48,296 nt of DNA, taken from positions 1 through 48,296 of the forward strand of contig JAXINV010000034.1 in assembly GCA_034190465.1 (NCBI GenBank). Direction: 5' to 3'. The translations under genes were made by a program, and so were the position numbers. Origin of the DNA: Candidatus Asbonarchaeum danakilense (GTDB taxonomy: Archaea > Nanohalarchaeota > Nanosalinia > Nanosalinales > Nanoanaerosalinaceae). Positions 35,220 through 44,717 of the stretch are shown here, piece by piece (within the stretch, counting starts at the first letter, position 1; the number at the start of each line of letters is the position of its first letter). Under the pieces are notes generated by a model. The model was given only the letters and a program-made list of their open reading frames with translations. It did no database searches and had not been told where the DNA came from.

Positions 35220-36650
35220 ATGTCGACGCGGCGCGAGGGGGATTCGCTGGGCGAGGTCGAACTGCCCGAGGACGCCTACTACGGTTCGTTCACGGCACGG
35301 GCGGCGCACAACTTCGATATCACGGGCCGGGGTGTCGACATCCGGCTGCTGTACGCCATCGCGGAGGTGAAGAAGGCGGCGGCACGGGTCAATGCTGCCA
35401 GCGACGACCTTGACGGGGAGAAGGCCGATGCGATCGTCCAGGCTGTCGACGAGCTGCAGGACGGGGAGTTTGACGATGCGTTTGTCCTGGACGCGATCCA
35501 GGCGGGCGCCGGCACGCCGATGCACATGAACGTGAATGAGGTCCTTGCCAACCGCGCGACGGAGCTCCTCGATGGGTCGAAGGGGGAGTACCGGGTCCAT
35601 CCGAACGATGATGTCAACATGGGGCAGTCGACGAACAATGTGGTGCCGACAGCGCTCCGGCTGGCGCTGCTCGACGCGACGGACGAGCTGCTGGACGCGG
35701 TCGACGCCCTGGCGGACGCGTTCCGGGGGCTGGAGGACGAGTACGACGGCACGGTGAAGGTCGGCCGGACACACCTGCAGGACGCGGTGCCGGTGACGTC
35801 GGGCCAGGAGTTCGGTGCCTGGGCGACGCTGTGCCAGAACGGGGTGGAACGGATCGAGAAGGCGCGGGAGGAGCTTCTGGAGCTCGGTATCGGCGGCAAC
35901 GCGGTCGGGACAGGGATCAACACGGAACCGTCGTTCCGCGAGGCCCTGGTCGACCAGCTGCGGGAGCAGGTTGATCGTCCGCTCCGCGTGACGGAGGACA
36001 ACATCGCGATGACGCAGTCGATGGCGCCGTTCGCCTCGGTCGCGTCGGTGATCGAGTCGTGGGTGCTGGACATGATGAAGGTGGCTGACGACGTGATGCT
36101 GCTGGGCAGCGGGCCGAAGGCGGGGCTGGCGGAGCTGGACCTGCCGGAGGTGGAGCCGGGTAGCTCGATCATGCCGGGCAAGGTCAACCCGTCGATCACG
36201 GAGGCGTTCAAGATGTCGTGCATCCAGGCGCTCGGCGATGAGCGGGCTGTCTCGGCCGCGGCGAAGGAGGGTGACCTGGAGATGAACGTGAACGCGCCTG
36301 TGATCGCGCACAACCTGCTGGAGATGGTCTCGGTGTTGCGGAACGCGACGGAGATGTGGCGGACGGAGTGTGTCGAGGCGATCGCGGTCGATGAGGACCG
36401 TGCCTCGGAGCTTTTCGACGCCAGTACGGCTGTCGCGACGGCGCTGAGCCCGTACATCGGCTACGACCGGACCGCAGAGGCCGTCCACCGCGCGCTGGAG
36501 GAGGACCGATCGGTGCGGGACGTGGTCGCGGATGAGGGATGGATGACGGAGGATGAGCTGGACACGGTGCTGCAGCCGGACAGGATGACTGGCCCGCACG
36601 GTATCGATAAGAAACTGAGGGAGCAAGTCAGGGAACGGCTGGAGGACTGA
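35220..36650 (+). CDS. aspA: Aspartate ammonia-lyase (AspA-like; class II fumarase not excluded)
   Basis: GSSIMPGKVNP signature, QAGAGT..HMNVNEV, HPNDDVNMGQSTN, GRTHLQDAVP. Confidence 0.8.
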   Translation: MSTRREGDSLGEVELPEDAYYGSFTARAAHNFDITGRGVDIRLLYAIAEVKKAAARVNAASDDLDGEKADAIVQAVDELQDGEFDDAFVLDAIQAGAGTPMHMNVNEVLANRATELLDGSKGEYRVHPNDDVNMGQSTNNVVPTALRLALLDATDELLDAVDALADAFRGLEDEYDGTVKVGRTHLQDAVPVTSGQEFGAWATLCQNGVERIEKAREELLELGIGGNAVGTGINTEPSFREALVDQLREQVDRPLRVTEDNIAMTQSMAPFASVASVIESWVLDMMKVADDVMLLGSGPKAGLAELDLPEVEPGSSIMPGKVNPSITEAFKMSCIQALGDERAVSAAAKEGDLEMNVNAPVIAHNLLEMVSVLRNATEMWRTECVEAIAVDEDRASELFDASTAVATALSPYIGYDRTAEAVHRALEEDRSVRDVVADEGWMTEDELDTVLQPDRMTGPHGIDKKLREQVRERLED

Positions 36651-36652
36651 CG

Positions 36653-37534
36653 ATGGACGAGGACATCAAGGAGAAGTACATCGAGGCGGGCAGGATCACG
36701 AAGCAGGCCCGCGAGAAGGCCCGGGAGATGGCGGAGCAGGGTGTGAAACTGGAGGCGATCGCGGAGGAGGCGGAACAGCAGATCCGGGAGGAGGGCGCGA
36801 ACCCGGCGTTCCCGGTCAACCTGTCGCTGAACGAGGAGGCGGCGCACTACACACCGGAGAAGGACGACGACCGGGAGCTGTCGGAGGGCGATGTGCTGAA
36901 GATCGATATCGGCGCCCAGGTCGACGGCTACATCGGCGACACGGCTGTGACGGTCGACCTCGGTGCCAACGATGAGCTGGTGGATGCATCGGCCGCTGCG
37001 CTGGATGCCGCGCTGGAGACGGCGGAGCCTGGTGTGGAGGCGGGCGAGATCGGCCGCGTGATCCAGGAGACGATCGAGGACCGCGGGTTCAAGCCGATCC
37101 GGAACCTGGGCGGGCACGGCCTGGAGCAGTACACACAGCACTCCGGCGACCGCATCCCGAACGTGGCGACAGGCTCGTCGCTGCAGCTGGAGCCGGGGAA
37201 CGCCTACGCGATCGAGCCGTTCGCGACGGATGGGGACGGCAAGGTGCGGGACGGCGCGCCGGGCAACATCTACAAGTACGAGGGCGGCAATATCCGGGAC
37301 AGGACGGCCCGTAAGGTGCTGAACCAGGTGAAGAACGAGTACCGGACGCTGCCGTTCACGTCGCGGTGGTTCGACGTCAGTCCGGCCCGACTGAAGATCG
37401 CGATCCGGAACCTGGTGCAGCAGAACGTGTTCAAGGAGTACGACGTGCTGAGGGAGCGGGACGATGCGCTGGTCAGTCAGAAGGAGCACACGATCCTCGT
37501 GCTGGAGGACGAGGTCGTCGTGACGACCCGTTGA
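36653..37534 (+). CDS. map: Methionine aminopeptidase type II
   Basis: AFPVNLS.NE.AAHYTP, KIDIG...DG.I.D, NLGGH, AIEPFAT, EHT. Confidence 0.96.
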   Translation: MDEDIKEKYIEAGRITKQAREKAREMAEQGVKLEAIAEEAEQQIREEGANPAFPVNLSLNEEAAHYTPEKDDDRELSEGDVLKIDIGAQVDGYIGDTAVTVDLGANDELVDASAAALDAALETAEPGVEAGEIGRVIQETIEDRGFKPIRNLGGHGLEQYTQHSGDRIPNVATGSSLQLEPGNAYAIEPFATDGDGKVRDGAPGNIYKYEGGNIRDRTARKVLNQVKNEYRTLPFTSRWFDVSPARLKIAIRNLVQQNVFKEYDVLRERDDALVSQKEHTILVLEDEVVVTTR

Positions 37535-37561
37535 TGAGGAACAAGGAAAGCGGGGCCGGGA

Positions 37562-39847
37562 TCAGCCGAAGTAATCCGGCTGTCCCTTGCCGCCCGAGCT
37601 CTCGAACTCTTCGACCTTGTCCTGGAACTCTTCGACGTCCTGTTCCTCGGCGGACGGTGAGGCGTCCTCGAGCGCGTCGTCGAAGTCCTGTATGGTGACG
37701 CTGTCGGAGTCGATGTTGTTCCTGAGTGCGTTCATCCCGGCTTCGCGGCAGACGGAGGCGATGTCGGAGCCGACGAAGTTCTCGGTCTGTTCTGCCAGCG
37801 CGTCCAGGTCGACGTCGTCGCTGATCGGCATGTCGCGGGTATGGACGTCGAAGATCTTCCGCCTGGCTTCTTCGTCGGGGACGGGGACGTACAGGTGCCT
37901 GTCCAGCCGTCCGGGGCGCAGCACGGCAGGGTCGATCATGTCAGGCCTGTTGGTCGCGGCGACGACGATGACGCCCTCGAGGTCCTCGATGCCGTCGAGC
38001 TCGGTGAGGAGCTGGTTGACGACCCGGTCTGTCGAGCCTGAGTCGGCCATGCCTCCCCGCTTGGGTGCGATGGCGTCGATCTCGTCGATAAACAGGACGC
38101 AGGGCGCGACCTGCCGTGCCTTGGAGAACATCTTCCTGATGGCTTTCTCGGACTCGCCGACCCACTTGGAGAAGATCTGTGGGCCTTTGATGGAGATGAA
38201 GTTGGCGTTGGACTCGTTGGCGATGGCCTTGGCCAGCAGTGTCTTGCCTGTGCCTGGCAGGCCGTACAGTAGGACGCCTTTCGGCACTTCGATACCCATG
38301 CGGTCGAATGCTTCGGGACGCTGCAGCGGCCACTCGACCATCTCCTGGAGCTGGCCCTGGATGTCTTCGAGGCCACCGACGTCGTCCCAGGAGACCTGTG
38401 GTGTCTGGACAAGGACTTCCCGCATCGCGGAAGGCTCGACGAGCCGCATCCCGTTCTTCATGTCGTCCATGTTGACGACGAGCTTGTCGAGCAGTTCGTC
38501 GTTGAGCTCGTCTTCCTCGAGGTCGATGTCGGGGAGGACGCGTCTGAGGGTGGTCATTGCTGCCTCCTTGCAGACGGCTTCGATGTCTGCGCCGACGTAG
38601 CCGTGGGTGGAGTCGGCGATCTCGTCGAGGTCGACCTCGTCCTCCAGCGGCATGTTCCGTGTATGGATCTGGAGGATCTCCTTCCGGCCGTCACGGCTCG
38701 GGACCCCGATCTCGATCTCGCGGTCGAACCGGCCCGGCCTGCGGAGCGCTTCGTCGATGTCGTTGGGCCGGTTGGTGGCTGCGATGACGATGACGTTCTC
38801 CCGCGCCTCCAGGCCGTCCATGAGGGAGAGGAGCTGGGAGACGACACGGCGCTCAACCTCGCCCTGGCCGTCACCCCGCTTCGGTGCGAGGGAGTCGAGT
38901 TCGTCGATGAAGATGATGGCGGGGGCGTTGTCACGCGCCTCGTCGAAGACCTCGCGCAGTTTCTTCTCTGATTCGCCGTAGAACTTGGACATGATCTCTG
39001 GGCCTTTGATGTCGGTGAAGTAGGCGTCTGATTCGTTGGCGACGGCTTTGGCGATCAGTGTCTTGCCTGTGCCGGGCGGTCCGTGCAGCAGGACGCCGCT
39101 GGGGGCATCGATGCCGAGCTGCTGGAAGACTTCAGGGTGCTTGAGCGGCAGCTCGATCATCTCGCGGACCTTCTGGATCTCGTCCTCAAGCCCGCCGATG
39201 TCCTCGTACGTGACTTCCGGCACGCGCGGCGTGGTCTCGGATTCCTCGACGGCCTGCTGCTTGACCTCGATCTCCGTATTTTCGGTGATGACGACGGGGC
39301 CGTCGGGCTTGGTGGAGACGACCATGAGCTTGGTCTCGCCGAAGCCGCCGAAGTTGCCGAAGAAGTCGTCCATGTCGAACATGTCCTCGAAGAAGCTCCT
39401 GCGCCGCTGCTGGTTGCCTGAACCGGGCACGAGGAGGTCCTCCTGGGTGACGGGACGCCCCATCAGGGTGCGGCGGAAGATGGACGGGTTAGAGACCTGG
39501 ATGATGACTCCTTCCTCGGCTGGGGCGAGCACGACCTTGTCGGCCTCCGTGACCTCGGCGGGCATGATGTCGACCTTCTCGCCGAGTGAGGTGCCGGCGT
39601 TCTTCCGGATGTAGCCGTCCATCCTGATGACGCCGAGCCCTGCGTCCTGCGGCAGGCTGCGTGCGACCTTGGCGACGGTCTCCCGGTCGCCCTGGATCTT
39701 GATGGCGTCGCCTTCCTGGATGCCGAGTTTTTCCATCACCTGTGAGTCAATCCGGACGATACCGGACCCGATGTCTTCCTGGAGTGTTGAGGGGACTTCT
39801 CCTACGCGGAGCTTGACTGCGTTACCGTTGCTATTGTCTGTGGGCAT
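37562..39847 (-). CDS. cdc48: CDC48/VAT AAA ATPase
   Basis: N-domain plus two AAA modules ([24 protein letters not shown]). Confidence 0.97.
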   Translation of the reverse strand: MPTDNSNGNAVKLRVGEVPSTLQEDIGSGIVRIDSQVMEKLGIQEGDAIKIQGDRETVAKVARSLPQDAGLGVIRMDGYIRKNAGTSLGEKVDIMPAEVTEADKVVLAPAEEGVIIQVSNPSIFRRTLMGRPVTQEDLLVPGSGNQQRRRSFFEDMFDMDDFFGNFGGFGETKLMVVSTKPDGPVVITENTEIEVKQQAVEESETTPRVPEVTYEDIGGLEDEIQKVREMIELPLKHPEVFQQLGIDAPSGVLLHGPPGTGKTLIAKAVANESDAYFTDIKGPEIMSKFYGESEKKLREVFDEARDNAPAIIFIDELDSLAPKRGDGQGEVERRVVSQLLSLMDGLEARENVIVIAATNRPNDIDEALRRPGRFDREIEIGVPSRDGRKEILQIHTRNMPLEDEVDLDEIADSTHGYVGADIEAVCKEAAMTTLRRVLPDIDLEEDELNDELLDKLVVNMDDMKNGMRLVEPSAMREVLVQTPQVSWDDVGGLEDIQGQLQEMVEWPLQRPEAFDRMGIEVPKGVLLYGLPGTGKTLLAKAIANESNANFISIKGPQIFSKWVGESEKAIRKMFSKARQVAPCVLFIDEIDAIAPKRGGMADSGSTDRVVNQLLTELDGIEDLEGVIVVAATNRPDMIDPAVLRPGRLDRHLYVPVPDEEARRKIFDVHTRDMPISDDVDLDALAEQTENFVGSDIASVCREAGMNALRNNIDSDSVTIQDFDDALEDASPSAEEQDVEEFQDKVEEFESSGGKGQPDYFG

Positions 39848-39859
39848 TGAGGATCACCG

Positions 39860-40204
39860 TTATGTGTCGTCTGCTGCTTTGACCGGCCGGTCGACCTGCT
39901 CCCAGTCCTCGTCGTCGAGCATGACGCGGAAGGTGGTGTAGTCGACCTTTCCCTGCCAGTCGTCGAGGTAGTCGATGAACCGGTCGACGTACCGGTCGGC
40001 GACGATGATGACCGAGTCCTCGACCTTGATGTTGGGCACCCTGCCGATGAGGCCTTGCTTCTCGTACCGGTAGACCTTGCCGTTCTTCTTGACCTTCTGC
40101 TTGTACCCGAACAGGCCCCGGTAGAATTTGTTCCGCTCGTACAGGGAGCTGAACTGGTCCCGGTCGGTGTCGTAGGCGATCAGGGTGGCTTCGTGCTCGG
40201 CCAT
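39860..40204 (-). CDS. Hypothetical protein, possible Cas2/VapD-like ferredoxin fold
   Basis: LIAYD...ERNKFYRGLFGY...DSVIIV pattern; start at MAEHE. Confidence 0.7.
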   Translation of the reverse strand: MAEHEATLIAYDTDRDQFSSLYERNKFYRGLFGYKQKVKKNGKVYRYEKQGLIGRVPNIKVEDSVIIVADRYVDRFIDYLDDWQGKVDYTTFRVMLDDEDWEQVDRPVKAADDT

Positions 40205-40301
40205 CGGTTTTTGTTTACGTGATGAAAATTTTAATACGTTGCCGTCGCCGGCCGTGGAACATCCCTGCAACGATAAAAGCCTGGCCGTGCAAGCACTGTA
40301 C

Positions 40302-41006
40302 ATGGAAGCGCCGGAACGCCTGCCGCTGGACTGCGAGCCGCTGGATGAGATCCTGGGCGGCGGCCTGGAGCACGGCGTCATCACGAATGTCTACGGCGAG
40401 TCGGGCACGGGCAAGACCAACGTCTGCGTCCAGGCGACGGCGTCCTGCCTCGCGGACGGCGGCACGGTGATCTATCTCGATACTGAAGGCGGTTTCTCTG
40501 CTGAGCGGTTCCTGCAGATCCATGATGACCGCGATGCGTTGGAGCGGCTGCTGCTCCAGGAGCCGACGACGTTCGAGGAGCAGCGGGAGACGTTCGATGA
40601 GCTGGAGGAGGCGATGCAGGAGCACGACGCGGATCTGCTGGTCGTGGACTCCCTGGTGGCGCTGTACCGGATCAGGCTGCAGGATGAGGAGGCGTCGGAG
40701 ACGAACCGGGAGCTGTCCCGGCAGCTGTCGATCCTGTCGAAGATCGCCCGGCAGCAGGATGTGCCGGTGCTGGTGACGAACCAGGTGTATTCGCCGTTCG
40801 AGTCGGACGAGGTCCGGATGGTGGGCCGCGACGTGCCGACGTACTGGTCGAAGTGCCTGCTGAAGCTGGAGACCGCAGGTACGAACCGGCGGCGCGCGAT
40901 CGTCAAGAAGCACCGTTCGCGGCCGGAGGGGCTGGAGGCGGAGTTCCTGATTACGAACGAGGGGCTGCTGTCGAACGGGAAGGACCCGGAGGTCCAGCTG
41001 TACTGA
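40302..41006 (+). CDS. radB: DNA repair protein RadB
   Basis: GESGTGKT, DTEGGFS.ER, TNQVY, RadB-specific KHR motif; no N-terminal HhH. Confidence 0.93.
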   Translation: MEAPERLPLDCEPLDEILGGGLEHGVITNVYGESGTGKTNVCVQATASCLADGGTVIYLDTEGGFSAERFLQIHDDRDALERLLLQEPTTFEEQRETFDELEEAMQEHDADLLVVDSLVALYRIRLQDEEASETNRELSRQLSILSKIARQQDVPVLVTNQVYSPFESDEVRMVGRDVPTYWSKCLLKLETAGTNRRRAIVKKHRSRPEGLEAEFLITNEGLLSNGKDPEVQLY

Positions 41007-41064
41007 CTGTGACTCCGCGGTAGCACAATATTTTTAAAGCTGGCCGGGCTGTTTGGTGAACACG

Positions 41065-41163
41065 ATGAGCGAGAGGGCTGACCACGCGGTGACTGAAGCA
41101 CGTCGAGCGGGCAGCCGTTTCGCTACGATTGCGATCATTCTACTGATCCTGATTATCGCATAG
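41065..41163 (+). CDS. 32-aa single-pass membrane peptide (not in ORF track)
   Basis: MSERADHAVTEARRAGSRFATIAIILLILIIA; TTTTTAAA TATA at about 41031 and GGTGA SD. Confidence 0.55.
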   Translation: MSERADHAVTEARRAGSRFATIAIILLILIIA

Positions 41164-41255
41164 AACGGAGGCTTCCTTTCCCGGGGCGGAGGGGGCGGCC
41201 TCCTTGGATATACCAGCTAGCCAAGACTACACCCCGGACCTGCCAGGTGAGCACA

Positions 41256-43070
41256 ATGGAATGGGCCAATGCACGAGATGAGTTCGCCGACCGAGCTAGG
41301 GAAAACTTTCGGGACCAGGTACCGTCAGCGATGGGTGTCGAGGACGAGATCGCGCACCTCGCCCCTGGGACGTTCGAGTCGCTGGCGCGCGGCGTCTATC
41401 AGGAGACTATCGAGACCCTCGGAGAGCACGAGCACGTTGAGCTGAAGTACGAGGATGACTCGCCGTGGGAGGATGTCCCTGTCGCGGCCCTGATCCACGA
41501 CGAGTTCTTCGAGGAGGAGCTGGCTCACCTGGACGGGTTCTTCCCGGACGAAGGGTTCTTCCCGGAGGAGTACGATGACGTGGTCGCGGAGGTCAGCTAC
41601 GACCTGTCCAACGAACTTGAGAAGGCGACAGGTGTCAATGTCTCGCTGACCGCCGCCCACCGTGAACGCGACTTGATCGACCGCGTGAAGCTGGATGCGA
41701 TACCGGAGGAGACGGAGCTGTACCGCATCGGTCACGTTCCTGGCTTGGCGGTCGAGGACGTCGATGATTTCTACGACCGTGAACGGTTCGAGCAGGAGGG
41801 ACCAGCTGACGACGAAATTGAAGACTATATGACGCAGAAGCGTCGGTACGTCGACCATCTTAAGTCTCATGGCAATGATGTGATGGCTATCGGCGGGACG
41901 GACTCGATCCAGGTCACGATGCGCCCGCTGATGGAGGAGACGGATACGATGTTCCGCGAATTCCTCGGTGCTGGTAAGGGCCCATCGATCCCCGCGCTCT
42001 CCCCGGTACTGTTCGCGCCGTTTATGAGCTCGCCGGTGCTGGATGAGGGAGGCGAGCTGGAGTCGCATATGGGCCGAGGATGGGCCTACTTCAGAGGGTT
42101 CGATGCTTCGGACTACGCTGACGACCAGAAGTACGGTCTTATCGATGATCTGATGCATGTTGAAGGGGTGGAAGACGCGATGGATGTGTTCGCTGACAAG
42201 ACGTTCCAGTTCTCGGCTGGCGTCGAAGCAGACAATCTGAAGGTCGTCGGGACGGAAGAGTCTCTTTACGATGCTGCAAGCGACCAATACGATCATCTGG
42301 ACGAGGAAACGGAGTTCAATGTCCGTGTCGGCCACGAAGATCACGGTGTCATCAATTTCAAGCAGTTCGTGGAGGACCGGAAGTTCGAAGGCATCGTCTC
42401 GCTTCCGGATCCGGACAGCGAGGACGACGAGACGGAGGTCCGCGTGGAGGCGGACTACTCTGATCTGGAGGATGACGAGTTCCTTGAGGAGGCATGGGGC
42501 CATTTCGTGGCGCATAATACCGGTGTCTGGCCCAGCTTCAACCCGCGGTTCGACGCCGGCGCGTTCGAGAGCCGTGACTTCGGCAACAGCCCGCGGATCA
42601 AGGAGGCTGTCGACACGCAGGCCGCGCTGTTCTACAAGTGGCGCGAGGTCCAGGACTACGCCGAGGAAGAGCTGGATATGCACGACCAGTACGCCTCGAT
42701 CGTTCGGGACGGTATTATGGACGAAGGCCTTGACTTCGTGCTGCCGTCCGGCGACACGGTCGAGAAGGCCTGGTACGGGCCTGACGGCGAGGACGGGCTG
42801 CTTGACATCCTGCAGGAAGGCGTCGAGGAACTGGCTTACGCTGACGACCCTGGCGACGACCATGATGCCGAGGCTGAGAAGTACGCTGCCCGCTACCGCG
42901 ACGCGATGGAGGACTACCTTGAGGAGGGGACGTTCTCTGAGGTCTTCGCCGCAGCGTACCGTGACGGCGGCCTCGATGCCGCGATGGAGACGGCCCGTGT
43001 CGAAGACGGTGATCCGGCGGACATGGGACGGTGGACGGACAACTGGGCGGAGTATCAGGGTGATCTCTGA
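41256..43070 (+). CDS. Large acidic protein, distant glutamate-cysteine ligase (GCS2)/carboxylate-amine ligase-like
   Basis: HVELKYE, SIQVT, SSPVL, VWPSFNPRF.AGAFESRDF resemble GCS2 motifs; AGGTGA SD before the ATG at 41256. The ORF is clear; the function is tentative. Confidence 0.55.
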   Translation: MEWANARDEFADRARENFRDQVPSAMGVEDEIAHLAPGTFESLARGVYQETIETLGEHEHVELKYEDDSPWEDVPVAALIHDEFFEEELAHLDGFFPDEGFFPEEYDDVVAEVSYDLSNELEKATGVNVSLTAAHRERDLIDRVKLDAIPEETELYRIGHVPGLAVEDVDDFYDRERFEQEGPADDEIEDYMTQKRRYVDHLKSHGNDVMAIGGTDSIQVTMRPLMEETDTMFREFLGAGKGPSIPALSPVLFAPFMSSPVLDEGGELESHMGRGWAYFRGFDASDYADDQKYGLIDDLMHVEGVEDAMDVFADKTFQFSAGVEADNLKVVGTEESLYDAASDQYDHLDEETEFNVRVGHEDHGVINFKQFVEDRKFEGIVSLPDPDSEDDETEVRVEADYSDLEDDEFLEEAWGHFVAHNTGVWPSFNPRFDAGAFESRDFGNSPRIKEAVDTQAALFYKWREVQDYAEEELDMHDQYASIVRDGIMDEGLDFVLPSGDTVEKAWYGPDGEDGLLDILQEGVEELAYADDPGDDHDAEAEKYAARYRDAMEDYLEEGTFSEVFAAAYRDGGLDAAMETARVEDGDPADMGRWTDNWAEYQGDL

Positions 43071-44164
43071 TGGATGAGGTCGAGCTCGCGCAAGAGCTGA
43101 TGAAGTTCGACACGACGTCGCCGGTGACAGATCCTGACATCATGGAGTTCCTGGAGCGGTTCCTGCAGGTGGAGGGGATCGACACGGAGATCCGTGACAT
43201 CGACGGCGTGAAGAACCTGGTCGCGACGACCGGCAGCGGTGACACGTCGATCTGTTTCAACGGCCATCTGGACGTTGTTCCGCCGGAGTCGGGGTGGGAG
43301 GTGACGGAACCGTTCGAGCCCGTCGTCAAGGATGGCCGGCTGTACGGTCGTGGCGCGGCGGACATGAAGGCGGCTGCGGCAGCCCAGGTGATGGCTTTCA
43401 CAGATCTCCACGATAATCCTTCGTTCGAGGGTGAGCTGACGTTGATGCTTGCCGGCGACGAGGAACAGGGAGGGTTCAAGGGGACGAAGCCTATGGTCGA
43501 GGATATGCCTTCGTTCGACTATGCTGTCGTCGGCGAGCCGACGGATCTGAACATCCAGGTCGGTACCCGGGGCGTGTTCTGGCTGACTGTCTTTCTTGAA
43601 GGCGAGCCTGCCCATGCCGCCCGGCCTGAGGCTGGGACTAACGTGCTGGAGCGGGTGCCTGAGATAATCAAGAAGCTCCAGAAGCTTGAGATGGAGTACG
43701 AGCCCGACGCGAAGCTTCCAGATCCGAGCTTTACGGTGACTGGCGTGGAGACGGACATGACGCAGAACAGCATCCCTGGTGAGGCACTGATCCAGGTCGA
43801 TGCCCGGTACCTGCCGAGCCAGAACCCGGCGTCGATTGTCAAACGTGTCAGGGACCTGCTCACGGACAACGGCGTCGATGCCAGAGTGGAGGTGATTGAC
43901 CACGGCGGTGCGTTCAAGCTGGATGACGACCGGTTCCAACGTATCGCGACCGAGGTCCTGACTGAGGTCCGTGGCGAGGAGCCACGTCACATCACGGAGG
44001 GCGGCGCTTCGGACGGACGGTTCTTCGCGGCGCGGGGCACGCCGTTCATCGAGCTGGGTGTGAACCAGGAACCTGGTCACACGACCGACGAATACTGTTC
44101 GGTGGAGTCTGTCTCGCAGCTCCGTGAGGCGTACCGCGGTATTGCGAAACGGTTGACAGGGTAG
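43070..44164 (+). CDS. M20 metallopeptidase/deacylase (DapE/ArgE-like)
   Basis: GHLDVVP, LYGRGAADMK, GDEEQG, VGEPT, GGASDGRF, GH..DE. Confidence 0.93.
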   Translation: MDEVELAQELMKFDTTSPVTDPDIMEFLERFLQVEGIDTEIRDIDGVKNLVATTGSGDTSICFNGHLDVVPPESGWEVTEPFEPVVKDGRLYGRGAADMKAAAAAQVMAFTDLHDNPSFEGELTLMLAGDEEQGGFKGTKPMVEDMPSFDYAVVGEPTDLNIQVGTRGVFWLTVFLEGEPAHAARPEAGTNVLERVPEIIKKLQKLEMEYEPDAKLPDPSFTVTGVETDMTQNSIPGEALIQVDARYLPSQNPASIVKRVRDLLTDNGVDARVEVIDHGGAFKLDDDRFQRIATEVLTEVRGEEPRHITEGGASDGRFFAARGTPFIELGVNQEPGHTTDEYCSVESVSQLREAYRGIAKRLTG

Positions 44165-44198
44165 CACTGTTTTATACCGGGAGCGACAAATCACGCCC

Positions 44199-44717
44199 AT
44201 GCGGTACGCGCTCGGTGAGCTGGAGCCAGAGGTGCATGACACCGCCTTCGTCCACCCGGAGGCGACGCTGGTCGGTGAGGTCTACCTCGGCAGGGACTGC
44301 TCTGTCTGGCCGTCGGCGACGCTCCGCGGTGACTCCAACGCTGTGGCTGTCGGAAATCGATCGAACGTGCAGGACAACGCTGTGCTCCACGTCTCGTCGG
44401 AGCACCGGCTCGAGGTCGGGAAGGGCGTGACGATCGGGCACAGCGCGACGGTCCACGGCTGTACGGTGGATGACGACGTGTTGATCGGCATGGGTGCGAC
44501 GGTGCTGTCCGGTGCCGAGATCGGTGAGGGGTCGATCGTCGCGGCAGGCACTGTCGTGCCGGAGGATGAATCCATCCCGCCTGAGAGCGTGGTCATGGGC
44601 GTCCCGGCGGAGCTGAAACGGGAGGCCGACGGCGAGGATCTGCAGTTCATCAAGGAGAACGCACGGGAGTACGTGAACAAGGCGGAGAAGTACGGGGAAC
44701 GGATGCGGGAGCTCTAG
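44199..44717 (+). CDS. Gamma carbonic anhydrase family protein
   Basis: LRGD, SNVQDN..LH, TIGH.A.VHGC hexapeptide repeats. Confidence 0.93.
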   Translation: MRYALGELEPEVHDTAFVHPEATLVGEVYLGRDCSVWPSATLRGDSNAVAVGNRSNVQDNAVLHVSSEHRLEVGKGVTIGHSATVHGCTVDDDVLIGMGATVLSGAEIGEGSIVAAGTVVPEDESIPPESVVMGVPAELKREADGEDLQFIKENAREYVNKAEKYGERMREL

